In this document: positions 56,018-64,000 of the stretch, one piece after another
How positions within the stretch are numbered: position 1 is the first letter of the stretch
Layout of the letters: each line of letters opens with the position of its first letter
Assembly (NCBI GenBank): GCA_964453505.1
Contig: CAYVPJ010000014.1
Location: forward strand, 240-64,239
DNA: 64,000 nt
Direction of reading: 5' to 3'
DNA from: an uncultured Oscillospiraceae bacterium
Lineage (GTDB): Bacteria > Bacillota > Clostridia > Christensenellales > Aristaeellaceae
The notes under the pieces: generated by a model
Databases searched by the model: none
What the model saw: the letters and a program-made list of their open reading frames with translations, nothing else
What the model was told of the DNA's origin: nothing
Program-made: the position numbers and the translations under genes

Positions 56018-58285
56018 ATGCGCATAAGACTTTGGCTGTTCGCGCTGATATTGATTCCGATTGTGTTCGGGTATTCGGCATTGTCTGAAACGTCTTCGCT
56101 CGACGCGTTCGACAGTGCCGCGATCACAATCGGCGTTCCGACAGGATCGGCGGCGATGAACGCTACAGAAGCTCGTTTTCCCAACGCCCAGATACAATAT
56201 CTGACAGTGGACAACGACGGCTATCTTTCCGTCATATCAGGGAAAATCGACGCTTACGCGCACGATACAACCGTGCTCAGGTATGCGTGCGAGGAAAATC
56301 CCAAATTGCGTATGCTAAATGAAACATATGGCGAGACGGAGATCGCCGTAGGCATATCCCCCAAACGCAAGGATTTGAAGGAATCGGTGAACGCTTTCGT
56401 TCGGGAACTGATCGATTCGGGCGCGCGCGACGATATGCTCAAGCGCTGGCTGACAGACACGGAAAACGCCATGCCGAAACTCGACGAGCCGCAGAAAACT
56501 GATATGACCATTCGCGTCGGCACGTCGGGCATCGTCGTGCCGATGACCTATTACGGCGCTAATCAGGAACTCACGGGCTTCGACATCGAATTTCTCAAAC
56601 GCCTCGGTTTGAATATGAACGCAAAAATCGATGTATCCGTAATGAATTACGACGCGCTTATCGCGGGATTGGAATCCGGCAAGCTCGATCTTGTGATAGC
56701 GAATCTGAACATTACGCCCGAGCGCGCCGAACGCATCATATACTCTATCCCCTATATGACCGCCGCCACGGGTCTTGTGGTAAAAAACGACGCAAGCCTG
56801 CCTGACTTTTCGAAAATCGAAGATTACAGCGAATACTTCAGTTCGGGCAAGCGTCTTGGCATTACGGTCGGCACGACATTCGACGGCATCGCGCAACGCC
56901 TGTTCCCGGACGCGCAACGCTTATACTACAACACGGGCGCGGAGTTGGTCGCCGCTTTGATCGACGGGAAAATCGACGGATACCTAGTCGACAAACCGCA
57001 GGGATACGCGCAGTGCCTTTTGAACGACAAGCTGTGGATGCCTGACACGTTAATCGCGGACGATAACTACGGAATCGCTCTGGCTTTGGGAAACGAAGAA
57101 CTGTGCGCACAGATGAATGAAATCATTTTGAGATACGCTTCGGACGGCACATTTGACGCGATGGAGCAAAAGTGGTTTTTGATCGACGAAACGCAGAAGC
57201 CCATGGCTGATATTGCGCTGTCCGGCGAAAATGGCGTTTTGCGATTGAGCACGACGGGAGATTCCTATCCGTTCTCATATATCCGCGATGGCGAACCCGT
57301 TGGCTACTCGATTGAGGCGTTCAAAATGATATGCGGCGAATTGGGATACGACGCGGAGATCAGAATATCTGATTTTGCCGGCCTGATCGCGTCCATATCA
57401 TCGGGGAAAACCGACGCGGCTTCAGACTGTATATCGATCACCGACGAGCGCAAAGAGCAGATGCTGTTCACTGAGCCGACATATAAAGGCGGCGTAATGA
57501 TGATGCTGCCGGCGGCGCTGAACCCTGCCAATTACGCAGACGGCGAAGGGGCAAATATCGGGTTCGCAGCGACTTGGGCGTCGATCGCATCGAGTTTTGA
57601 GCGCACATTCATACGTGAAAACCGCTGGAAGCTGATCGCGCAGGGGCTGCTTACGACGCTGCTCATATCCGTGTGCGCGGGGCTTCTCGGCACCGCATTC
57701 GGCTTTGGAGTGTGCATGGCGCGCAGGTCGCGCTTTGGCGCGCTGTCCGGCGCAAGCAGGATATTCATACAGCTGATGCAGGGCACGCCAATTATGGTAT
57801 TCCTGATGATACTCTACTACATCGTGTTCGGAGACGTGAAGCCCGTGCTTGTTGCCGTGGTCGGCTTTGCGCTCAACTTCGCGGCGTATGTGTCAGAAAT
57901 GATGCGCACGGGCATAGACGCGGTGGACAAGGGGCAAATCGAGGCGGCGAGCGCAATCGGCTTCACGAAAGCGCGCGCGTTTCTGCTGATCACTCTTCCG
58001 CAGGCCGCGCGGCACTTTCTGCCTGTGTTCCGCGGCGAGTTCATCAGCCTTGTCAAGATGACGTCCGTCGTGGGCTACATATCCATTATGGATCTGACCA
58101 AGATGAGCGACATTATTCGCAGCCGCACATATGAGGCGTTTTTCCCGCTCATCGCTACGGCGGTCATCTATTTCCTGCTCTCGTGGATATTGGCGCAAAG
58201 CCTTTCCGCCATAGAGATGCGAATCGACCCCAAACGAAAAAAGCGCAAGATCAGGGGCGTGCGAGAGGAGGCCGACGCGCAATGA
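56018..58285 (+). CDS. Fused polar-amino-acid-type ABC component: SBP_bac_3-like segments + HisM/GlnP-like permease
   Basis: ATG follows GGAGGAGG. Signal/anchor [21 protein letters not shown]. One complete SBP_bac_3-like domain ([33 protein letters not shown] ... QKWF) is flanked by partial ones. Permease has [15 protein letters not shown] (EAA-type loop). Confidence 0.85.
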   Translation: MRIRLWLFALILIPIVFGYSALSETSSLDAFDSAAITIGVPTGSAAMNATEARFPNAQIQYLTVDNDGYLSVISGKIDAYAHDTTVLRYACEENPKLRMLNETYGETEIAVGISPKRKDLKESVNAFVRELIDSGARDDMLKRWLTDTENAMPKLDEPQKTDMTIRVGTSGIVVPMTYYGANQELTGFDIEFLKRLGLNMNAKIDVSVMNYDALIAGLESGKLDLVIANLNITPERAERIIYSIPYMTAATGLVVKNDASLPDFSKIEDYSEYFSSGKRLGITVGTTFDGIAQRLFPDAQRLYYNTGAELVAALIDGKIDGYLVDKPQGYAQCLLNDKLWMPDTLIADDNYGIALALGNEELCAQMNEIILRYASDGTFDAMEQKWFLIDETQKPMADIALSGENGVLRLSTTGDSYPFSYIRDGEPVGYSIEAFKMICGELGYDAEIRISDFAGLIASISSGKTDAASDCISITDERKEQMLFTEPTYKGGVMMMLPAALNPANYADGEGANIGFAATWASIASSFERTFIRENRWKLIAQGLLTTLLISVCAGLLGTAFGFGVCMARRSRFGALSGASRIFIQLMQGTPIMVFLMILYYIVFGDVKPVLVAVVGFALNFAAYVSEMMRTGIDAVDKGQIEAASAIGFTKARAFLLITLPQAARHFLPVFRGEFISLVKMTSVVGYISIMDLTKMSDIIRSRTYEAFFPLIATAVIYFLLSWILAQSLSAIEMRIDPKRKKRKIRGVREEADAQ

Positions 58286-59364
58286 TGATATCGATAAAGC
58301 ATCTGCAAAAAAAGTTCGGGGATTTGACCGTGTTAAGCGACGTGAACGCAGAGATCGACGAAGGCGAAGTCATTTCGATCATCGGGCCTTCCGGCACGGG
58401 CAAATCGACCCTGCTTCGGTGTATCAACCGTTTGGAGACGCCCACATCGGGCGAGATTTGGGTCGACGGCGTAAACGTGTGCGACCCGCGCGCAAACCTT
58501 ACAAAGGTTCGGCAGAAAATGGGCATGGTGTTTCAGAGCTTCAACCTGTTCGCCAATCGGCTGGTGATCGATAATGTAATGCTTGGACCAATGAAGCTAA
58601 AGAGAATGCGCGCGCAGGAAGCCTATGCGAAAGGCATGATACTGCTGGACATGGTGGGTCTCAAGTCAAAAGCGAAGGCATACCCGGAAGAGCTTTCAGG
58701 CGGGCAGAAACAGCGCGTGGCAATCGCGCGGACGCTGGCGATGGACCCGGACATCGTGCTGTTCGACGAGCCGACTTCGGCGCTAGACCCGACGATGGTT
58801 TCAGAAGTGCTGGCTGTTATGCGGACGCTGGCGGGACAGGGACTAACGATGCTGGTGGTCACGCACGAGATGAAGTTCGCGCGAGACGTATCGACGCGGG
58901 TTTTCTATATGGACGAAGGCGTGATATACGAAGAAGGCGCGCCGCTTCATCTTTTCGAGCATGCGCAGAGAGAAAAGACGCGCATGTTCGTAGAAAAGGT
59001 GCGCGCTTTCGAAAGGGAGCTCGACGGCGACGCGTTCGACATGTACGGCATGAACGGCGAAGTGGAGCTGTTCTGTCAGAGACAGGCGGTCAAAGAAAAG
59101 CGCATATCGAGACTTGAGCTGTTGATGGAGGAGCTGATAGTCAACGGCGTGTTTCCCCGCCTTCCGGCTTCGCGGAGAAAGGTTACGGCGCGAGTGATGT
59201 ATTCGGAAGTCAACGACAGCTTGCAGCTGGAGCTTCGATACGGCGGATACGATTTTAATCCTATGGATTCCGAAGAAATGTACGCCGTGATTGCCAAGCG
59301 CATAACAAGCGATGCTGTACACTACTGTGAAGACGGCAGGAACATACTGATAGCGACGCTGTGA
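58282..59364 (+). CDS. ABC transporter ATP-binding protein (GlnQ-like) with an RsbW-like C-terminal extension of about 115 aa
   Basis: ATG overlaps the permease stop (ATGA). Walker [10 protein letters not shown], signature [16 protein letters not shown], Walker [14 protein letters not shown]-loop VVTHEM. Tail: [17 protein letters not shown] ... [15 protein letters not shown] ... [23 protein letters not shown]. Confidence 0.9.
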   Translation: MMISIKHLQKKFGDLTVLSDVNAEIDEGEVISIIGPSGTGKSTLLRCINRLETPTSGEIWVDGVNVCDPRANLTKVRQKMGMVFQSFNLFANRLVIDNVMLGPMKLKRMRAQEAYAKGMILLDMVGLKSKAKAYPEELSGGQKQRVAIARTLAMDPDIVLFDEPTSALDPTMVSEVLAVMRTLAGQGLTMLVVTHEMKFARDVSTRVFYMDEGVIYEEGAPLHLFEHAQREKTRMFVEKVRAFERELDGDAFDMYGMNGEVELFCQRQAVKEKRISRLELLMEELIVNGVFPRLPASRRKVTARVMYSEVNDSLQLELRYGGYDFNPMDSEEMYAVIAKRITSDAVHYCEDGRNILIATL

Positions 59365-59506
59365 TATGCAACGTTTTCCGAGCAGGCCTTAGGCGTACAT
59401 AAAGACACACGGAATGGGGGCGAATACGCAATAGAGCGGTTGGCAAAGCGGAAGAACACCGGCGTTTTATGAACCAGCGAGACAATGAGAAGAAAGGAAA
59501 CTGTAT

Positions 59507-61015
59507 ATGAAAAGAATGAGAAGTCTGATAGCCTGCACGGTTTTATTCGCAATCGTTTGTTGCGTTGCATGTAATCCGTTCGCGATTGCCGACGCGTCAA
59601 GCGGCGGCGGCGTAACGGCGCTCGACTATAACAAGCAAAGGGCTGACATTTCGGGCGCTAATGATTATATAACGTCTGTCGGGTTAAGCGACGCCGAGGC
59701 GCGTCTTGACGATATTCTTCAAGAGCTAAAGGAAGAGTATTCGAAATCAACAGGCGGGAATGCAGATTACTCCATTCCGGTTCTTTCTGATGAGACTATA
59801 TGGTTAAGCAAGCTGTACCAATTGTGCATAGACATTCCCAAGGGTTCGGACTTGCACGTTCATGCCTCGGCGCTTTTGCCTGTGAAAGAGCTTGCGGACT
59901 TCCTATCAAAGAGAAGCGATGTAGAAATATGCACATCCGGCGATCAAAAGTACGTTCTCTTCCTTAGCGCAAACGCGGAAAGACCCGATTCATGTAAAAC
60001 GATGGCTGAGGCGCTTTCCGACGGTTCTGTTTCATTTGATGAGTTGCTCTCGAAATGGACAATCCTCGGCGCGGCAGAACAGGAGGATATATGGGTGTTT
60101 TTCGAAACGCTGTTTGATAAAGACATGGTTTTGAGCAGTGGCGATGATTTGATGCAGGATTACTATGAGTACGCTTTCCGTTATTACTACAAAAACAACA
60201 TCAAGCATCTTGAAATTCGCGCGTTGTTTTTCGGGACGAATGAGGAAGCCGCTCAGAAAGCAATAACAATCAGGAACGCATACTATAAAGTGAGAGACGA
60301 GTATCCCGACATGATTGTCAGCATCGTCGGATGCGGGCTTAAGCGCACGAATATCGACGAAGTCGTGACAGATGTTCTTATGGACAACAACCTGTTCGTA
60401 TATGAGAATGTCAAAGATGAATATAACCCGAATCAACATTGCGATTTTATGGTGGGCATTGATCTGGTTAATGAAGAAGACGATAGCAGACCGCTTTCGT
60501 TTTATCGGGATATGATTGAAACGATAAAAGCAAAACACCCCGAATTGAGAGTGCTCCTTCATGCGGGTGAAAGCCTTCACGCAGACAGCGATAACCTGAT
60601 TGACGCATATTTGCTTGGTTCGAAGAGGGTGGGACACGGGCTGAATCTTTACCGTTACCCGTCTCTGCTGGACTTGTTCATTGAAGACGATATATGCTTA
60701 GAGGTATGCCCCATAAGCAACAATACGCTGAGATATGTTCATGACTTGAGATTACATCCAGGGCTGGAATATTTGAAGCGAGGCGTGCCGATGGTTCTGG
60801 CATCTGACGATCCGTCATATCAGGAGCACACTTCGCTGGTAGACGATTTCTTTGCGGCAATCGTAGCGTGGGATTTGGGCGTTGCGGAGATCAAGCAACT
60901 GTGCATGAATTCTATAACATATAGCGCGACGAGCGAAAGCAACAAAGAATACATGACGGAAACATGGATCAATGATTGGGACTTATTTGTGCATTCATAT
61001 GCGGATCAAGAGTAA
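59507..61015 (+). CDS. Secreted adenosine deaminase, ADGF/CECR1 (ADA2)-like subfamily
   Basis: Signal peptide MKRMRSLIACTVLFAIVCCVACNPFAIA. Metal/catalytic motifs KGSDLHVHASA, LLHAGES, RVGHGLN, LASDDPS. Long N-terminal extension before the first HxH motif. Confidence 0.8.
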   Translation: MKRMRSLIACTVLFAIVCCVACNPFAIADASSGGGVTALDYNKQRADISGANDYITSVGLSDAEARLDDILQELKEEYSKSTGGNADYSIPVLSDETIWLSKLYQLCIDIPKGSDLHVHASALLPVKELADFLSKRSDVEICTSGDQKYVLFLSANAERPDSCKTMAEALSDGSVSFDELLSKWTILGAAEQEDIWVFFETLFDKDMVLSSGDDLMQDYYEYAFRYYYKNNIKHLEIRALFFGTNEEAAQKAITIRNAYYKVRDEYPDMIVSIVGCGLKRTNIDEVVTDVLMDNNLFVYENVKDEYNPNQHCDFMVGIDLVNEEDDSRPLSFYRDMIETIKAKHPELRVLLHAGESLHADSDNLIDAYLLGSKRVGHGLNLYRYPSLLDLFIEDDICLEVCPISNNTLRYVHDLRLHPGLEYLKRGVPMVLASDDPSYQEHTSLVDDFFAAIVAWDLGVAEIKQLCMNSITYSATSESNKEYMTETWINDWDLFVHSYADQE

Positions 61016-61038
61016 AAGTTAGCTCAAAGCAGTTCTTA

Positions 61039-61091
61039 CAGCGAGTCGAGCGCGGGCAATGCAAGATGCATTGCCCGCGCTCGACTCGCTG
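61039..61091. terminator. 25-bp perfect inverted repeat between convergent genes
   Basis: CAGCGAGTCGAGCGCGGGCAATGCA-aga-TGCATTGCCCGCGCTCGACTCGCTG. No U-tract on either side. Confidence 0.55.
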
Positions 61092-61174
61092 TCACGGGTG
61101 CGCAGGCCGCGATAATCCTCGCAATACATCGCCGTATAAAGGCGCGAGGTATCTTCGCGAATGGTCTTACAAAC

Positions 61175-61744
61175 TCATGATAAGCGCCGGAGCACGCGCG
61201 TAATGCCGTCGCTGACAAGCGCGTCGCGCATCGAGGGGTCGATATCCAGTCCTTCAATATGATATTCCAGCGTAATAGGTATGCCGAGCATCTTCGCAAG
61301 ACTGTCTACGTAAGCGGCGCCCAGATGCGCGCCGTGTATGTATCCGCCGCATGTGGAGAGATAGATCAGCCGCCCCGCGCGGCAGTAGCCTTCCGACTTA
61401 CCTTCGCGCGTATAGCCGAACGTTACGCCGCTCACCGATACATGCTCCAAGTACACTTTAAGCATTGACGGAAACGACAGATCCCAGTACGGCGCGGCGA
61501 CGACGATTTCGTCGGCGTCTCTGAACTGCACGGCGTAGCGTAACATGCCGTCGTCCAAAGCGCCGGAATCGACAAGAGCCGTTCTTCGCATTACATCCGA
61601 CTCGCGAAGCGGCGCAAGCGACTCGCCGTATAGATTCAGAAACTCGATGGATTCTTCGGAATACATCGCGGATAAGTATCGCATGAAAAGCTTTCTTGTG
61701 GCTGATTCACCGCGCGGACAGCAGTCTACCGCAAGCACCTTCAT
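61175..61744 (-). CDS. Flavodoxin-like fold NAD(P)H-dependent oxidoreductase (AzoR/FMN-reductase type)
   Basis: Starts MKVLAVDCCPRGE. Contains ADEIVVAAPYWDLSFPSMLKVYLEHV. ATG overlaps the upstream stop (ATGA). Confidence 0.8.
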   Translation of the reverse strand: MKVLAVDCCPRGESATRKLFMRYLSAMYSEESIEFLNLYGESLAPLRESDVMRRTALVDSGALDDGMLRYAVQFRDADEIVVAAPYWDLSFPSMLKVYLEHVSVSGVTFGYTREGKSEGYCRAGRLIYLSTCGGYIHGAHLGAAYVDSLAKMLGIPITLEYHIEGLDIDPSMRDALVSDGITRVLRRLS

Positions 61745-62982
61745 CGTTTGCCCTCCATATCGCCCAAAATCGACTCGCACTGTATGGATTCACGATAGCC
61801 GTCCACTGCAACAAATCTCATGCGCATCTCCAACATATCTCGGTTTTTCGAAAAAATAAAGTGTTCAATGGGGTCTTCGTCTGTCAGCGTGTAAGCAATA
61901 TGTGTAGTCGTTTGCAGAAAATAGACTCCGACGAACAGCAGCGCAAACAGCACGGCAATTCCGCCGTGGAATTTATAGCTGAACGCGCCCAGCGCGCCAA
62001 GCGGACTTCCTGTTTTTGCCTTACGAGCCTTTTTGGTTGTTTTTAGGATTGCTTTATGGAATATCAAAATCAAAGCCGGCAACACCGTGAAAACACAAAG
62101 CAAACTGCAAAAAACGCCTTTCGCTAAAACGATACCCAAATCCGCCCCGATTGTGAAGCTCATGAATACAAGCATTATAAGGCCGACGATTGTGGTAACG
62201 GAGCTGCTGGTTATCGAACCGAACGCGGATTTCAGCGCGGAAGTCATAGCGTCGTTTTTGTCGTCGGTCTTTTGAAGCTCCTGACGGTAGCGGTTCATCA
62301 GTATAATAGAGTAATCCATGGATAAAACCAATTGCAAAATCGCCGAGATGCCCATTGTAATATCCGAAATTTCGCCAAGAAAGATGTTCGAACCGAGATT
62401 AACAACAATTGCAACGCCGATTGTGAGCAAAAACAACAGCGGTTCAATTTTGGATCCGCAGGCAATAAACAGTATCACCAACATAATGGCAAACGCCAAG
62501 GCGACAACCAATGGCGGAATATCCGGCGAGGAGGTGTCGTCGTTACGAATTGTGATGTTATACTCCGAAAAGCTCTCTGTCAAATAGGTTTCTATCGCGG
62601 CTTCTTCCTGAGTATCATAACCGTATTCCGTGCCGACGGAATACAGCGTGTAATCGCCTTTGTTGTAATTCACGTCATCGGCATTATAGGCGACGCCGCT
62701 CACATTCGGTATAGCTGCCAGTTTTTCTTTTACTTCAAGTTTCTGTTGTTCTGTAAGCCCTTCAAACATGACGCGGATTGAGTAAGTTTCGGCAATATCG
62801 GGAAACTCGCTCTCCATCAGGTTCATTCCGATCTTCATGGGCGAATCATTCGGCAGATATTTCGTCATATCGCTGTTGATTCCGACTTTAGGTATGAATA
62901 TACCGCACACGACGGTCAGCAGCGCCATCAGTATCAGTATTAATGCTTTCTTTCTTACGATAAAGGAGGAGGTTTTTTCCAT
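61741..62982 (-). CDS. MMPL/RND-superfamily transporter, N-terminal half only, probably truncated
   Basis: TM1, an extracytoplasmic loop of about 150 aa, TM2-6 (LQLVLSMDYSIILMNRYRQEL) and one further TM. It then ends shortly into what should be the second loop. Full-length MMPL proteins have 12 TM helices. Confidence 0.65.
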   Translation of the reverse strand: MEKTSSFIVRKKALILILMALLTVVCGIFIPKVGINSDMTKYLPNDSPMKIGMNLMESEFPDIAETYSIRVMFEGLTEQQKLEVKEKLAAIPNVSGVAYNADDVNYNKGDYTLYSVGTEYGYDTQEEAAIETYLTESFSEYNITIRNDDTSSPDIPPLVVALAFAIMLVILFIACGSKIEPLLFLLTIGVAIVVNLGSNIFLGEISDITMGISAILQLVLSMDYSIILMNRYRQELQKTDDKNDAMTSALKSAFGSITSSSVTTIVGLIMLVFMSFTIGADLGIVLAKGVFCSLLCVFTVLPALILIFHKAILKTTKKARKAKTGSPLGALGAFSYKFHGGIAVLFALLFVGVYFLQTTTHIAYTLTDEDPIEHFIFSKNRDMLEMRMRFVAVDGYRESIQCESILGDMEGKR

Positions 62983-63213
62983 GTTTTATTATCCTTCCTG
63001 CTACGGCAGCGCCGTTATGCCGCTATGATGGTCGAAAACTATAATGTTTCATTTTACATGTCTTGACAGAATCACGCTTGAGTATTATATTTATGTTTAG
63101 CGTTTAGATCAACCAACTGTTTATTTTAAACTGATTTGGTGTCTACAAATCAAACGGATTTCGGTTTGAACTCAACACATTCCGAAAATCAGTTGAGTTT
63201 ACAGGAGGGGCTG

Positions 63214-63750
63214 ATGGAGAATCAGAGAGTGCGGCTGAGTAAAATGATGCTGAAAAACGCGTTATTGAGGCTACTAAAAACGAAACATATAGACAAAATC
63301 TCGATATATGAATTATGCGATGAGGCTCAAATCAACCGTACAACATTTTACAAGTATTATGGAAATCAATACGACCTTCTGACAGATATTGAAAACGATT
63401 TGTTTTTGAAGCTAGAAGAAAAAATTTCAGCGGCAAATTCAGACAACGAGGCGGGTCTTGTAGCTGTATTGAAACTGTTGTTGCCTGAAAGCGAAACTCT
63501 TATAACGTTAATCAAAACCGTACCGGATGAAGTCTTTTCGGAGAAACTATTTTCGTTACCCATTATTCGTACATTGCTCACATCGGAAATTCCGCACGAT
63601 TTTGATGAACAGGAAAAAGAATATGTATATCTGTTCTTCTGTCAAGGCGGTTATGCGATTATCCGCAAGTGGCTTAACAGCGAAACCCGCGAAGCCCCGG
63701 AGATAATCGCAAAGCTGATATACAACCTTGTGCACAGAATACTGAAATAA
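63214..63750 (+). CDS. TetR/AcrR-family transcriptional regulator
   Basis: ATG follows GGAGGGG. HTH ISIYELCDEAQINRTTFYKYYGNQYDLL. Divergent from the MMPL gene. Confidence 0.85.
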   Translation: MENQRVRLSKMMLKNALLRLLKTKHIDKISIYELCDEAQINRTTFYKYYGNQYDLLTDIENDLFLKLEEKISAANSDNEAGLVAVLKLLLPESETLITLIKTVPDEVFSEKLFSLPIIRTLLTSEIPHDFDEQEKEYVYLFFCQGGYAIIRKWLNSETREAPEIIAKLIYNLVHRILK

Positions 63751-63791
63751 TTCATGCACAACCGCCTGTGTGCGATAATGTCATAATGCGA

Positions 63792-63830
63792 AAACCCCGT
63801 GTTACAAAGCGACGCGGGGGTTTGGTTTCT
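63792..63830 (+). terminator. Terminator candidate
   Basis: AAACCCCG, about 15-nt loop, CGGGGGTTT, then GGTTTCT, about 40 nt after the TetR stop. Confidence 0.45.
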
Positions 63831-64000
63831 AAAATTTCATGAAAACCAGCCGAATAAGCGAATGAGCTGTCAACCCATATTCGCAAAAGCCTACTCTCTA
63901 TCGGCAGAAACTGTTTGAGTTCACCCGAACATAGCCCTCGGCATTCACGGCTTAGTTATCGGAATGCCGCTCGCGCAGGTTGTTCGTTGTCCTTAACGAC

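Noticed and set aside
1-64000. CRISPR arrays, defence-system hallmarks (Cas, restriction-modification, Abi, retron RT, CBASS cyclase, TIR/SIR2) and biosynthetic gene clusters.
   Set aside because: No spaced repeat arrays were found; the only tandem repeat is 2 x 11 nt at 54604. None of the ORF products shows nuclease, helicase, RT or cyclase motifs, or PKS, NRPS or RiPP enzyme motifs.

Overview
The window looks like a high-GC Firmicutes/Clostridia-type chromosome, judged by YesM/YesN, LplABC-type and CUT1 gene content and GGAGG ribosome-binding sites; I cannot confirm taxonomy. No rRNA, tRNA, CRISPR array, transposase, integrase or reverse transcriptase was recognised. Bases 1-48,000 are a dense glycan-utilisation region. 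It holds two membrane-anchored AraC sensors, one soluble AraC regulator and a YesM/YesN two-component pair. It also holds five CUT1 sugar ABC loci (one decayed) plus one extra substrate-binding protein (SBP). None of these loci has its own ATPase. Hydrolases there resemble GH140, GH27, GH74, GH63/MGH1, a DUF4832-type TIM barrel and an SGNH esterase. About 21 genes from 47,970 down to 20,483 run on the minus strand, many with overlapping stop/start codons. From about 48.3 kb the sequence becomes AT-richer and mosaic. It starts with a small island of unassignable genes and an L,D-transpeptidase. Next comes a LytS-type kinase with a REC-SARP regulator. These sit upstream of an operon encoding two STAS proteins, a degenerate RsbW-like protein, an SBP-fused amino-acid ABC permease and an ATPase with an RsbW-like C-terminal tail. 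A secreted ADGF/ADA2-like adenosine deaminase, a flavodoxin-like reductase, a truncated MMPL transporter and a TetR regulator follow. The two best candidates for undescribed systems are (i) the STAS/RsbW-like module wired to the ABC importer (52.4-59.4 kb) and (ii) the giant CBM-SBP / NHL-TPR-Yip1 / DUF5696-like module (39-48 kb). All family names come from motif recognition by eye and need HMM confirmation.
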